Shown: positions 1 through 13,279, counted from the stretch's first letter. The stretch: 64,000 nucleotides of DNA from Octopus vulgaris (GCA_951406725.2 OX597842.1:28892001-28956000), one strand, 5' to 3'. Numbers and translations are program-made. Notes: generated by a model from the letters alone, not told the origin.

Positions 1-806
1 CCAACCCATGCTAGCATCGAAAGCGGACATTAAACAATGATGATGATGATAAATTGATGTTATTGCATTATTTACTTTGAAGGCATCCACATGCCAATCG
101 CATCTGTTTACCTTAAAACATTGTGACACACCTTTAACTACACATACTCAATTAAATAACATAAAACTTAATAGGACCAAACAAGAGGGAGCTTACGGAA
201 AAACCACAGATCAAAGCAAGGCAAACAATGGTGGAATGGATACAGACAACCTGAGATTATAATAGAGAACACTTGCCCAAGGTGCCACAGAGTGAGAATG
301 GACAGTTTGACCGGAGCTGGCAAGCCAGAGGGCTACATCAGGCCCCAGGTGTCTGCTTTAGCATGCTTTCTGTGGCTGGATACCCTACCTAATGCCAACC
401 GCCATTGATGGCACATTTACACGGTGACACCAGTACTCACACGGTTGCCAAATGGATTGTAAGACATGGATGTCTCAGCTCAGAGGGGAAGAACTACACA
501 CACACACAAGAATTGGGCTTCAAATAGTTTCTATCAACAAATTCACGCACAAGGTATCAGACAACCTGAGATTATAATAGAGAACACTTGCCCAAGGTGC
601 CACAGAGTGAGAATGAACTTGGAACCACACACTTGTAGAGTGATTTCTGTATCTATTGCCATGACTGTGCATTTGAATGTGGCCATGATGGAGCACCACC
701 TGAGGCTATAGTAGAAGTCACTTGCCCAAGGTGCCTTGCAGTGGGACCGAACCCGGAACCATGTCGTTAGTAAGCAAACTACTTACCACACAGCCATTCC
801 TATATA

Positions 807-1481
807 AGAGGGGAAGTCAAAAATTATCCCCACTTTCGCCTTAACATATCTTCATTATTGTCACGCTGCCTTCTGCACATCCACCATTATAGTTGGAACT
901 ATTGTGGTGATCAACGTTTGAACCCGATTGCGCCATTTTTCTTTCTGGCTTTACAGTGTAAGCATGGCCACTCCTCTAGCAATGTGCATCAAAGCAGAAC
1001 AAAGAACAGTGATCAGAGAGATGGAAACGGTGAGCCAGTTCATCATTACCATCTCTCAAGCTTTCTGAATCTTGTCACCTGTGGTTGAGGTTGGTGGGCA
1101 TCCTGCTCCCGCTTTGTGTGTCACGCCTGTCCAATCACAACTAAACTTCTCAGTTCACTCCCACACGCTTCTACATGGTAGTTCACTGTCCCCATATTGT
1201 GCCAAAAGCCTTCAATGAATTTCAGCACCTGACACAACTTTCGTCCAGAGAAATCACATCACTGCCCTTTGTTCTTCTTTGCTGTACATTGCCAGTAGAG
1301 TGGCCATGCTTACTCTGCAAAAGCGAGGAAGAAAAGTGGTACGATCTGGCTCAAACTTGGATTACATGGGCTTAATAGTACCAACTATAAGCACACATGC
1401 ACAGAAGGCAGTGTGACAATAAAAAAGGTATGTTATAGCAAAAGTACGGGATAATCTTTGACTTAACCTTGTGAATATGTG
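807..1481 (+). mobile_element. Internally deleted mariner-type DNA transposon
   Basis: Degenerate TIRs of about 40 bp (gaggggaagtcaaaaattatccc / gggataatctttgacttaacctt). Remnant of a mariner transposase N-terminus, MATPLAMCIKAEQRTVIR, at 964-1017. Confidence 0.6.
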
Positions 1482-1583
1482 TGTGTGTATATATACACAC
1501 ACACACACACATATATATATACATTCACACACACAAATATATACATTCACACACACACACGCACACATAGAGTGTCATCTTAC

Positions 1584-1686
1584 CTTAGGCGCATGAGGAT
1601 TAAACTCCACAGCTCTGTGAATGGCTTCAACAGCTGACATCTCTGCTGAGCTGAGGCCTCTTTTAGAAGCAACATCTGGGGAAAAT
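1584..1686 (-). CDS. ST7: ST7 coding exon 11 (gene continues beyond the left edge of the window)
   Basis: tttacag|A TTT TCC CCA...CCT AAG|GTAAGA. Encodes [34 protein letters not shown]. The next expected ST7 block (YLLEMK...) was not found in 1-1580. Confidence 0.95.
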
Positions 1687-2029
1687 CTGTAAAGAAAAAC
1701 AATAACAAAATAAACAGCCACAAAACCTTATTGAACAGACAGAAACTGGGCAGCTCTGGGTGGGAATTGATTTGAGCTGGGATGACCTGCTGGGTGAACA
1801 CTCTTTTCCCTTCAGGTCACTAAGAAAAACTGAAGTAAAAATGATGATGATGATGATGATGATGGTGGTGATGATGGCCATAAGAAATGATAATTATGCT
1901 AGGGATTGTGGTGATGATGATGGTGATGAAAGAATGAGCAAGTTACAATAACAATGAGAGATGCAGCTGTGGGATATTGTTAGTGAGACAGGCAGCACTG
2001 AAATGTGAACAGTGAGAAATACCTAGCAA

Positions 2030-3722
2030 CTGCTAAGATAAACTTGGCTTTCGTGGACTTGGAGAAAGCCTTTGGCAGGGTCCCCCGATCCCTTATCTGG
2101 TGGGCGATGTGGAAACTGGAGATTGACGAATGGTTAATAAGGGCTGTACAGGCCCTTTACAAAGAGGCCGTTAGTAAGGTTAGGGTTGACAATGAGTATA
2201 GAGAAGAATTCCGGGTAGAAGTAGGAAGTTCACTAAGGATCAGCCCCCTCTTATTCATCTTAATCCTCCAGGCAACTCAAGACAGGTTGCCCCTGGGAGC
2301 TCCTCCATGCTGATGACCTGACCCTCATAGCAGAATCGCAACAAGAACTAGAGAAGAAATTTCAGTTGTGGAAGTGAGGTTTAGAATCAAAAGGCCTTAG
2401 AGTCAATGTAGCAAAGACCAAAGTCCCAGTAAGTAGGAAGGCAAACTCATCACACACTCCCTCAGGTAGGTGGCTCCGCTTGATCTGTAGAAAAGGTGTG
2501 GGTAGAAACTCCATAAGATGTACCCAGTATAAGCTATGGACACATAAGACATGCAGCAACATCAAAGAAAGATTAACCGAGAAGATAGCTTTCATGTGCA
2601 GCAGATGCACAGGGGCAATAGACACCATTGATACTAAGAAAACAGATTCCATTACACTCCAGGGGAAGAAACTAGAAGTAGTTGATAGCTTCCACTACCT
2701 GGGTGGCCAAGTTAGTAGTGGAGGTGGATGCTCAGAGAGAGTTACCACTAGAATAAGAATAGCCTGGGCAAAGTTCAGAAAGCTTCTATTCCTACTGGTG
2801 ACAAAGGGCCTCTAGCTCTGAGTGAAAGGTAGATTGTACAATGCATGTGTGCGAACTGCCATGCTTCACGGCAGTGAAACATGGACCATGACTGCTGAGA
2901 ACATGCGTAGGCTCGAAAGAAATGAAGCTAGCATGATCCGCTGGATGTGTAATGTCAGTATGCACACACAACAGAGGGTAAGTGCCCTGAGAGAAATGCT
3001 GGACATAAGCATTGGATGTGGCGTGCAAAAGAGACTTTTGCGCTAGTATGGTCATGTACAACAGATGGATGAGGAGAGCTGTATGAAGAAGTGCCACTCC
3101 CAAATAATGGAAGGAACCCAGGGTAGAGGTAGACCCAGGAAGATATGGGATGAGGTGGTCAAGCATGACTTTCAAAAGCTGGGCCTCACAGAGGCAATGA
3201 CAAAAGACCAAGACCTCTGGAGATATGCTGTGACTGTGAAGACCCGACAAATGAAGGGAGTTCACAGCTGTGACCTACACCACTCAAAAGTACCTTTGGA
3301 TTGTAGAGCAACATGCCATGCTTGAGGAGAGCTATTGAGTCAAGTACATCAAAATTAAAATCAAATCATACCACAATCAAATGGAAATTGTAGTTGTTGC
3401 TGAGGCCAGTGCCACCTGTCTGGCTGCCCCTGCCAGTGCCACCTGTTTGGCTGCCCCTGCACGTAAAAAGCACCATCCAAATGTGGACGATGCCAGCCCC
3501 GACTGGCTCCTGTTGCCTTGACTTGCTCCCATGCTGGTGGCACATAAAAGCACCCACTACACTCATGGAGTGGTTGGCATTAGGAAGGGCATCGAACCGT
3601 AGAAATACTGCCAGATCAGACTGGAGCCTGGTGCAGCCTCCTGGCTTCCCAGACCCCAGTCAAACTGTCCAACCCATGCCAGCATGGAAAACAGACGTTA
3701 AAGGATGATGATGATGATGATG
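2030..3722 (+). mobile_element. 5'-truncated, degenerate RTE-clade LINE (RT remnant plus 3' UTR ending in (GAT)n)
   Basis: Frameshifted RT pieces: LAFVDLEKAFGRVPR, ELLHADDL, LEVVDSFHYLG, KGRLYNACVRTAMLHGSETW, GRGRPRKIW. A Cys/His-rich insert lies at about 2480-2610, and the element has a (GAT)n tail. Confidence 0.9.
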
Positions 3723-3769
3723 AGAGAGGCAGGTGTGAAATGTAGCCAATGGGAAAGGATGCTGTGAAA

Positions 3770-4352
3770 TGTGGTTCGTGAGAGAGAGGTAGCTGTGAAA
3801 TATGACCAGGGAGAGAGAGGTAGCTGTGAAATATGACCAGGGAGAGAGAGGTAGCTGTGAAATATGGCCAGGGAGAGAGAGAGGTAGCTGTGAAATATGG
3901 CCAGAGAGAGAGAGAGAGAGAGATAGCTGTGAAATATGGCCAGGGAGAGAGAGGTAGCTGTGAAATATGGCCAGGGAGAGAGAGAGGTAGCTGTGAAATA
4001 TGGCCAGAGAGAGAGAGAGAGAGATAGCTGTGAAATATGGCCAGGGAGAGAGAGGTAGCTGTGAAATATGACCAGGGAGAGAGAGGTAGCTGTGAAATAT
4101 GACCAGGGAGAGAGAGGTAGCTATGAAATATGGCCAGGGAGAGAGAGGTAGCTGTGAAATATGGCCAGGGAGAGAGAGATAGCTGTGAAATATGGCCAGG
4201 GAGAGAGAGGTAGCTATGAAATATGGCCAGGGAGAGAGAGGTAGCTGTGAAATATGGCCAGGGAGAGAGAGGTAGCTGTGAAATATGACCAGGGAGAGAG
4301 AGGTAGCTGTGAAATATGACCAGGGAGAGAGAGGTAGCTGTGAAATATGGCC

Positions 4353-4390
<38 letters not shown>

Positions 4391-5170
4391 GTGAATATGG
4401 CCAGAGAGAGAGAGAGGTAGCTGTGAAATATGGCCAGGGAGAGAGAGAGAGAGAGATAGCTGTGAAATATGGCCAGAGAGAGAGAGAGGTAGCTGTGAAA
4501 TATGGCCAGGGAGAGAGAGAGAGAGATAGCTGTGAAATATGGCCAGAGAGAGAGAGGTAGCTGTGAAATATGGCCAGGGAGAGAGAGAGAGAGATAGCTG
4601 TGAAATATGGCCAGAGAGAGAGAGAGGTAGCTGTGAAATATGGCCAGGGAGAGAGAGAGAGAGAGAGATAGCTGTGAAAGATAGAAAGAGAGAGAGAGAG
4701 AGAGAGAGAGGTAGCTGTGAAATATGGCCAGGGAGAGAGAGAGAGAGAGAGAGATAGCTGTGAAATATGGCCAGAGAGAGAGAGAGGTAGCTGTGAAATA
4801 TGGCCAGGGAGAGAGAGAGAGAGAGAGAGATAGCTGTGAAATATGGCCAGAGAGAGAGAGAGGTAGCTGTGAAATATGGCCAGGGAGAGAGAGAGAGATA
4901 GCTGTGAAATATGGCCAGAGAGAGAGAGAGGTAGCTGTGAAATATGGCCAGAGAGAGAGGTAGCTGTGAAATATGGCCAGAGAGAGAGGTAGCTGTGAAA
5001 TATGGCCAGAGAGAGAGAGAGAGAGGTAGCTGTGAAATATGGCCAGGGAGAGAGAGGTAGCTGTGAAATATGGCCAGAGAGAGAGGTAGCTGTGAAATAT
5101 GGCCAGGGAGAGAGAGAGAGGTAGCTGTGAAATATGGCCAGAGAGAGAGAGAGGTAGCTGTGAAATATGG

Positions 5171-5210
<40 letters not shown>

Positions 5211-5250
5211 CTGTGAAATATGGCCAGAGAGAGAGATGTAGCTGTGACAT
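3770..5250. repeat. Compound minisatellite: (GA)n + GTAGCTGTGAAATATGGCCAG
   Basis: Dozens of copies of a constant core of about 22 bp separated by GA tracts of variable length. Confidence 0.95.
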
Positions 5251-5821
5251 ATGGCTGGAGAGAGTTGTAGCTGTGAAATGTAACTAGCAAGAGAAGAAGC
5301 TGTGAAATGTGACCAGTGAGAGAAGCAGTTGGGTGGCCAATAAGAGGAGAAGACTTCCTCAAACTAGAAAGAATTTGAAAATGTTTGCTTTCACTAAATC
5401 CTCAAAGTTTGTACTTCTAGTATTTGAGTGAAGTTCTAAAGGTGGCTGCCATTGTTGCCTGCACTCATCTCAGTCACTCAAGTCACTGAGGAAAGTTTCA
5501 TACTCAACTCGATCAGCCAAAACAGTGGGAAAAAACATCAATTTTGCTGCACTCAACCAATGAAGAAAACTTTGGCCCAGTCACTCAAACAATTGAGGGA
5601 AGGCTGGACTTAACCCCTGATAGCCTCAAAGGGGTCACTCGACGGGTTTAGTAATCACAGCTAAATCCTTTCTGAAACTTCAATGGGGGAAAGATACAGT
5701 TGATAACATAGTTCTAGACAGTTTTAAAATCACACAGGATGGTCATAGCTGGAACATCTTTCAATCTAGTTTAGCTTTGACACAACAATCACAACAAAAA
5801 CAAGTTAAAAAGGATACTTAC

Positions 5822-5894
5822 TTGTCTGCTACAGCTCGGGCTTTTAGTAATGCTGCTGTGTAACATATTGTAGCTGACTTTGGAAGATTTATAT
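5822..5894 (-). CDS. ST7: ST7 coding exon 10
   Basis: ttcacag|AT ATA AAT...GAC AA|GTAAGT. Encodes [25 protein letters not shown]. Confidence 0.95.
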
Positions 5895-6267
5895 CTGTGA
5901 ATATATACACAGGGTGTGGATAGAATCAAATATATACATGTGGGTGTATACATATATTGACATAAGGTGTGTATAAAGTCAAATATGTGTCTGTGTGTAT
6001 ATGTGTCAGACCTCACAGAGGCAATGACTCAGATTCGGGACCTCACAGAGGCAATGGTTAGTGACTGAGACCTTTGGTGATATGCTGTGCTTAAGAAGAC
6101 TTGTCAAAGCAAGTGAAATAGTTGTGGTCAGTGCCAGTTTCTTGTAGGTGGCACCAATGCTGGTAGCACATTATAAGCACCAATTCCGGTGGCACATTAT
6201 AAGCACCAATTCCGGTGGCACATTATAAGCAGCATTTGAATGTTGGGCTTCATGGAAGCAACAACAA

Positions 6268-9129
6268 ATGACTGAGACCTTTAGCAATGACTGAGACCTT
6301 TAGCAATGGACTGAGACCTTTAGCAATGACTGAGACCTTTAGCAATGACTGAGACCTTCAGCAATGACTGAGACCTTTAGCAATGACTGAGACCTTTAGC
6401 AATGGACTGAGACCTTTAGCAATGGACTGAGACCTTTAGCAATGGACTGAGACCTTTAGCAATGACTGAGACCTTTAGCAATGACTGAGACCTTTAGCAA
6501 TGACTGAGACCTTTAGCAATGACTGAGACCTTCAGCAATGACTGAGACCTTTAGCAATGACTGAGACCTTTAGCAATGACTGAGACCTTTAGCAATGGAC
6601 TGAGACCTTTAGCAATGACTGAGACCTTTAGCAATGGACTGAGACCTTTAGCAATGACTGAGACCTTTAGCAATGACTGAGACCTTTAGCAATGACTGAG
6701 ACCTTTAGCAATGACTGAGACCTTCAGCAACGACTGAGACCTTTAGCAATGACTGAGACCTTTAGCAATGGACTGAGACCTTTAGCAATGACTGAGACCT
6801 TTAGCAATGGACTGAGACCTTTAGCAATGACTGAGACCTTTAGCAATGGACTGAGACCTTTAGCAATGACTGAGACCTTTAGCAATGGACTGAGACCTTT
6901 AGCAATGGACTGAGACCTTAGCAATGACTGAGACCTTTAGCAATGGACTGAGACCTTTAGCAATGGACTGAGACCTTTAGCAATGACTGAGACCTTTAGC
7001 AATGGACTGAGACCTTTAGCAATGACTGAGACCTTTAGCAATGACTGAGACCTTTAGCAATGGACTGAGACCTTTAGCAATGACTGAGACCTTTAGCAAT
7101 GGACTGAGACCTTTAGCAATGGACTGAGACCTTTAGCAATGGACTGAGACCTTTAGCAATGGACTGAGACCTTTAGCAATGACTGAGACCTTTAGCAATG
7201 GACTGAGACCTTTAGCAATGACTGAGACCTTTAGCAATGGACTGAGACCTTTAGCAATGACTGAGACCTTTAGCAATGGACTGAGACCTTTAGCAATGAC
7301 TGAGACCTTTAGCAATGGACTGAGACCTTTAGCAATGGACTGAGACCTTTAGCAATGACCGAGACCTTTAGCAATGGACTGAGACCTTTAGCAATGGACT
7401 GAGACCTTTAGCAATGACTGAGACCTTTAGCAATGGACTGAGACCTTTAGCAATGGACTGAGACCTTTAGCAATGACTGAGACCTTTAGCAATGGACTGA
7501 GACCTTTAGCAATGGACTGAGACCTTTAGCAATGACTGAGACCTTTAGCAATGGACTGAGACCTTTAGCAATGACTGAGACCTTTAGCAATGGACTGAGA
7601 CCTTTAGCAATGACTGAGACCTTTAGCAATGGACTGAGACCTTTAGCAATGACTGAGACCTTTAGCAATGGACTGAGACCTTTAGCAATGGACTGAGACC
7701 TTTAGCAATGACTGAGACCTTTAGCAATGGACTGAGACCTTTAGCAATGGACTGAGACCTTTAGCAATGACTGAGACCTTTAGCAATGACTGAGACCTTT
7801 AGCAATGGACTGAGACCTTTAGCAATGGACTGAGACCTTTAGCAATGACTGAGACCTTTAGCAATGACTGAGACCTTTTGCAATGGACTGAGACCTTTAG
7901 CAATGACTGAGACCTTCAGCAATGACTGAGACCTTTAGCAATGGACTGAGACCTTTAGCAATGACTGAGACCTTTAGCAATGGACTGAGACCTTTAGCAA
8001 TGACTGAGACCTTTAGCAATGACTGAGACCTTTAGCAATGACTGAGACCTTCAGCAATGACTGAGACCTTTAGCAATGGACTGAGACCTTTAGCAATGGA
8101 CTGAGACCTTTAGCAATGACCGAGACCTTTAGCAATGGACTGAGACCTTTAGCAATGACTGAGACCTTTAGCAATGGACTGAGACCTTTAGCAATGACTG
8201 AGACCTTTAGCAATGACTGAGACCTTTAGCAATGGACTGAGACCTTTAGCAATGGACTGAGACCTTTAGCAATGGACTGAGACCTTTAGCAATGGACTGA
8301 GACCTTTAGCAATGACTGAGACCTTTAGCAATGACTGAGACCTTTAGCAATGACTGAGACCTTTAGCAATGACTGAGACCTTTAGCAATGGACTGAGACC
8401 TTTAGCAATGGACTGAGACCTTTAGCAATGACTGAGACCTTTAGCAATGGACTGAGACCTTTAGCAATGGACTGAGACCTTTAGCAATGGACTGAGACCT
8501 TTAGCAATGACTGAGACCTTTAGCAATGGACTGAGACCTTTAGCAATGACTGAGACCTTTAGCAATGGACTGAGACCTTTAGCAATGGACTGAGACCTTT
8601 AGCAATGACTGAGACCTTTAGCAATGGACTGAGACCTTTAGCAAAGGACTGAGACCTTTAGCAATGACTGAGACCTTTAGCAATGACTGAGACCTTCAGC
8701 AATGACTGAGACATTTAGCAATGGACTGAGACCTTTAGCAATGACTGAGACCTTTAGCAATGGACTGAGACCTTTAGCAATGGACTGAGACCTTTAGCAA
8801 TGACTGAGACCTTCAGCAATGACTGAGACCTTTAGCAATGGACTGAGACCTTCAGCAATGACTGAGACCTTTAGCAATGACTGAGACCTTCAGCAATGAC
8901 TGAGACCTTTAGCAATGGACTGAGACCTTCAGCAATGACTGAGACCTTTAGCAATGACTGAGACCTTTAGCAATGGACTGAGATCTTTAGCAATGGACTG
9001 AGACCTTTAGCAATGACTGAGACCTTCAGCAATGACTGAGACCTTCGGCAATGACTGAGACCTTTAGCAATGGACTGAGACCTTTAGCAATGACTGAGAC
9101 CTTTAGCAATGACTGAGACCTTTAGCAAT
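6268..9129. repeat. 2.9-kb tandem satellite of 19/20-bp units GACTGAGACCTTTAGCAAT(G)
   Basis: Near-perfect tandem array of roughly 145 units (length divided by 19.5), with two length variants. Confidence 0.98.
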
Positions 9130-9504
9130 ATGCTGTGCTCAAGAAGAAGACCCATCAAGCCAAACCAAAACATAGTCATGGCAGATACTGGAGCAAAAGC
9201 ACCCATTATACTCTTGGAGTGGTTGGTGTCAGGAAGGGCATCTAGCCATAGAAACCCTGCCAAATCAAACTGGAGTCTGGTGCAACCCCTCAGCTTACCA
9301 GCCCTGGCCAAACTGTCCATCCCATGTCAACATGGACAATGGACATTAAATGATGTTGATGATTATGAAGGTGTATACCCATACATATAAATCTGCTATA
9401 ATTTAACTGACAGACTGCTCTTCGCCCGTACGTGTGTGTGTGTGTGTGTGTGTGAAGGAAACTCCTGAAGAAGATGAAATATGAGCATTTAGTTCTTTTG
9501 ATGA

Positions 9505-9985
9505 ACATCATCATCATCATCATTGTTTAGCGTCCGCTTCCCATGCTAGCATGGGTTGGACGGTTCAACTGGGGTCTGGGAAGCCAGTAGGCTGCGCCAG
9601 GCCCATTCTGATCTGGCAATATTTCTACAGATGGATGCCCTTCCTAACACCAATCACTCCGTGAGTGTAGTGGGTGCTTTTTACACGCCACCAGCACGGG
9701 GGCCAGGCCAGGCTGGCAACGGCCACGAATGGATGGTTCTCTTATGTGCCACCGGCACTGGTAACTCAGCTGCAATTTCCATTGATCGATTCTGATTCTC
9801 ACTTGCCTCAACAGGTCTTCACAAGTAGAGTTTTGTGTCCCAAGAAGGAAAGGTATGCATAAGTGGACTGGCTACATCCCGTGTAGAAGGCCACGGGTTA
9901 TGGTCTCACTTGTCCTGCCGGGTCTTCTCACACACAGCATACTTCCAGAGGTCTCGGTCTCTAGTCATTTCCTCAGTGAGACCTG
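9505..9985 (-). mobile_element. RTE 3'-end fragment; representative of many copies (e.g. 13277, 19395, 21360, 23480, 23910, 41160, 48890, 49370, 57430, 59858)
   Basis: Matches the 3' UTR of the RTE at 3250-3722 (aaaagcacccactacact...ggaagggcatccagc...aacccatgctagcatggaaagcggacgttaaac(gat)n). Confidence 0.85.
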
Positions 9986-10432
9986 CATAAATGATTTGTT
10001 CATATTATTCAAATGCCTTTTGTCACACCTTAGCTCACCTATCCCTCCATCAAATCGACATTGTCTGGACAGGTGCAACAGGTATTCCACACATCAGGTG
10101 TTGAAGTGATTGCAGAGCAATGTGAGATGAAGTGTTTTGCCCAAGAACACAATGCCCCACCCACCCATAATCTAAGCATAATGAGTGCAACACCCTACCT
10201 GCTAGGCCAGGGGTCACCAAACCTTTTTTCACGGTCTACCATAAAATATTTCCCTTTCATAGTGTAGGACACAAGCTGTGTATACAACAGGGACCAGTCC
10301 TATCAACAGCTATTTCTCCCTGGATTGTTAATCATATCCCTGCTGTTAAGTCTGAGTACAGCAAAAGTAAAAATGATGATGATGATGATGTTGAGATAAG
10401 CTAAACATGTAGAAGATGAATATTTCACTGAC

Positions 10433-10547
10433 CATCATATTTTGCTAATACTGCTTGTACGTCTGAGTAAGCCTGAAGTTCCAGAAGGGCTTCAATGAGG
10501 TTTTCATGGATTGTGAAGAGATTCATCATTGGGAATTCCTTCATTAA
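10433..10547 (-). CDS. ST7: ST7 coding exon 9
   Basis: gtttcag|TTA ATG AAG...GAT G|GTCAGT. Encodes [38 protein letters not shown]. Confidence 0.96.
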
Positions 10548-10867
10548 CTGAAACGAGATTCATAAAGATGGAGGCAGTTGATTGGACTGAATTGAAAGAG
10601 AAAAAAAAGGGGTCGAAGTATGTAACGTGAAAAAGAAATAAAACTGAAACAGGCAAAGGAGTTGTGCTGACAGAGCAAAAGAGATGGGTTGAAGCATCTA
10701 AGATGAAAAATGAAAGGCTGAAACAGGCAATAGGGATGTGTTGACAGAAAAAAAAAAAAGGGTTGGTTGAAACATAAAGAAGGATAAACAGAAAGATAGA
10801 AATGGGATCAAATTGGGTGGGCAAAAAAAAATTAGGGTTTGAAACATGGAATATAGAAAGGTGAAAC

Positions 10868-11021
10868 GAGTGGCTGTGTGGTAAGTAGCTTGCTAACCAA
10901 CCACATGGTTCCGGGTTCAGTCCCACTGCGTGGCATTTTGGCAAGTGTCTTCTGCTATAGCCCCGGGCCAACCAATGCCTTGTGAGTGGATTTGGTAGAC
11001 GGAAACTGAAAGAAGCCCGTC

Positions 11022-11081
<60 letters not shown>

Positions 11082-11289
11082 TTGTGTGTCTGTGTTTGTC
11101 CCCCTAGCATTGCTTGACAACCGATGCTGGTGTGTTTACGTCCCCGTCACTTAGCAGTTCGGCAAAAGAGGCCGATAGAATAAGTACCAGGCTTACAAAG
11201 AATAAGTCCTGGGGTCGATTTGCTCGACTAAAGGCGGTGCTCCAGCATGGCTGCAGTCAAATGACTGAAACAAGTAAAAGAGTAAAAGA
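10868..11289 (+). mobile_element. tRNA-derived SINE, family A (full-length)
   Basis: A-box-like TGGCTGTGTGG, B-box-like GGTTCAGTCCC, an internal (TA)n(TG)n tract and the tail ...gactgaaacaagtaaaagag. More than ten related copies occur in the window. Confidence 0.85.
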
Positions 11290-11734
11290 GGTGATAGGGC
11301 TGTGTTGCTAAACAAAAAAAAAGGGCTGGACGGGACCCCAAAAACTCAAAACATGGTAATGCTGGTTATTACCGTTCATCTCTCTATTTCAAATATTACA
11401 AGTTTGTCACTCAACCTACAAAATCTAAGTTGTGAAATTTACTTTCACTGATTTCTTCACAAGAGGAAACAGAATTGAATTCTTAAGAATAAAATCTTGA
11501 CTCTATAGGCCATAACCAAAAAAACAACAACAATATCTGATGGTTTAACAATTCTGCTAATCTACTGCTTTCGTACACGAGATTAGAGATATAATCTCTA
11601 TATCTTTAATGTCACAACTGGCACAAATCTGCCCTCAGGTGTTGGTGCCACATGAAAAGCAACGTGTAAAGTGATTGGTGTTAGGAAGGCATCAAACCAC
11701 GGAAACCATGTCAAAACAGATAATGGAGCCTGGT

Positions 11735-12525
11735 AATTTAATTTAATTTTTATTGGTTCAAAAAGCAAAAGCAAGGCCATGTAGGGGGACATGGAGTTAT
11801 GTACAGGGAGGGTGTTCATGTAAAGAGTTCAGGCCACTTGAGGTCAAGGGAGACTTTGAACCGAGCGGTCGTCGGCATTTCCACCATCTCGTCCGGCAAC
11901 TTATTCCATGGATCCGCAACCCGGACGGAGAAAGCCCCTCTCCTTCGATTGAGATGAAATCGTCGCAGATAGAGCTTTTCGGAGTGACCCCGCAGCCGAC
12001 ACTCTGGAACAGGAATGAAGAACAGCTCTATCGAGAGGTTACACTTTCCGCTTATAATGTTGTGAGCAAGAATGAGATCGCCACGGCGTCGTCGTTTTTC
12101 TAGAGAATAAAGGTCAAGCGTCTTCAGCCTTTCTTTATAAGACAAATGCTTGAGACCAAGAACCATGTGGGTAGCCAGCTTCTGGACTCTTTCGAGATGA
12201 TGTATGCCTTTGAAGAGATAAGGAGAAGAGGCTTGAATCCCGTACTCCAGTATGGGTCTCACCAGCGTGACATAGAGCGGTAGGAATATGGCTGCTGTGA
12301 GCATTCCGAATGACCGTCGAATCAAGAACAGAACTCCGCGTGCTTTGTTGGCAGCATGGACGCACTGGGCCGAAGGTGAAAAGGAGGAATCCACCAAGAT
12401 ACCCAGGTCCTTTACCTGATCGGTCCTCTCCAGCAGCAGACGACCCGGCTCGAAATCAAGTTGAGCTGCAGGAGAGGAGCCAACAGGCAGATGACAAGAC
12501 CCAGCCTCAACAGATCCTGTCATTG
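11735..12525 (-). mobile_element. CR1-clade LINE 3' fragment
   Basis: VKDLGILVDSSFSPSAQC...LYVTLVRPILEYG...LERVQKLATHMV...YSLEKRRRRGDLI...FSVRVADPWNKLP, with an (ATTTA)-like tail. Confidence 0.9.
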
Positions 12526-12763
12526 CCAGCTGCTGTCAAACTGTCCAGTCTAAGCCAGCACAAAAACAGACAGTAAATGATGATAATAAAAATACAGCAC
12601 CACCCACTCAGCCCCCAACACTGTGTTGTATGTAAGAGGGTCCAGAGAAATCTCATATTGTTCTAGAAAGTTCCAGAAAATCCCAGCAAGTTTCAGAATG
12701 TTCCAGAAAGTCCCAGAAGATTGCAGAATATTTAAGAATGCTTGAAAAATCATTGATACTTAC

Positions 12764-12861
12764 ATCTCTCATCATTTTCACAGCTTCTTTTGTCCGACCG
12801 AGTTTCCGTGCACACATAGCTAGCCGTCTTTTGATGTAGACTAGAACATTGGTGTCTCTTC
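12764..12861 (-). CDS. ST7: ST7 coding exon 8
   Basis: ctttcag|GA AGA GAC...AGA GAT|GTAAGT. Encodes [33 protein letters not shown]. Confidence 0.97.
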
Positions 12862-12940
12862 CTGAAAGACAGAGATAAGAGAAGGTGGTTTCATCGATGC
12901 TGGATGTGTGAATAACTGAAGGGGGTCTTTTACCCTTTAA

Positions 12941-13038
<98 letters not shown>

Positions 13039-13243
13039 TAGAAGAAATGAGGTAATCAGAAAATCGGATGGCTTATATTTACAGATATTTATTTATATAT
13101 TACATTTTTTACATATATATCATGTCATTTAGATCATTAGCGCTTTCTCCCATCCATTCTAGTGGGGTTTTCAAATCAAAATAAATTCCTTTGTGGGGAA
13201 TTTTAATCATTTTATAGAGTTTCGTAATGGTGGGGGAGGAAAA

Positions 13244-13279
<36 letters not shown>

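Noticed and set aside
2308-2320. CTGATGA as a hammerhead core
   Set aside because: It encodes the ADD motif of the RTE reverse transcriptase, and no GAAA or stems follow.
3616-5362. 544-aa and 382-aa minus-strand ORFs
   Set aside because: They are translations of the (GA)n minisatellite, with no coding signature.
6724-7668. ORFs with LLKVSVIAKGLSP repeats
   Set aside because: They are an artefact of the 19+20=39-bp satellite periodicity.
3770-9129. CRISPR-like appearance of the repeat arrays
   Set aside because: The spacers are absent or only (GA)n, there are no cas genes, and the context is a eukaryotic intron.
10868-10935. tRNA gene
   Set aside because: A and B boxes are present but there is no cloverleaf; it is the head of a multi-copy SINE.
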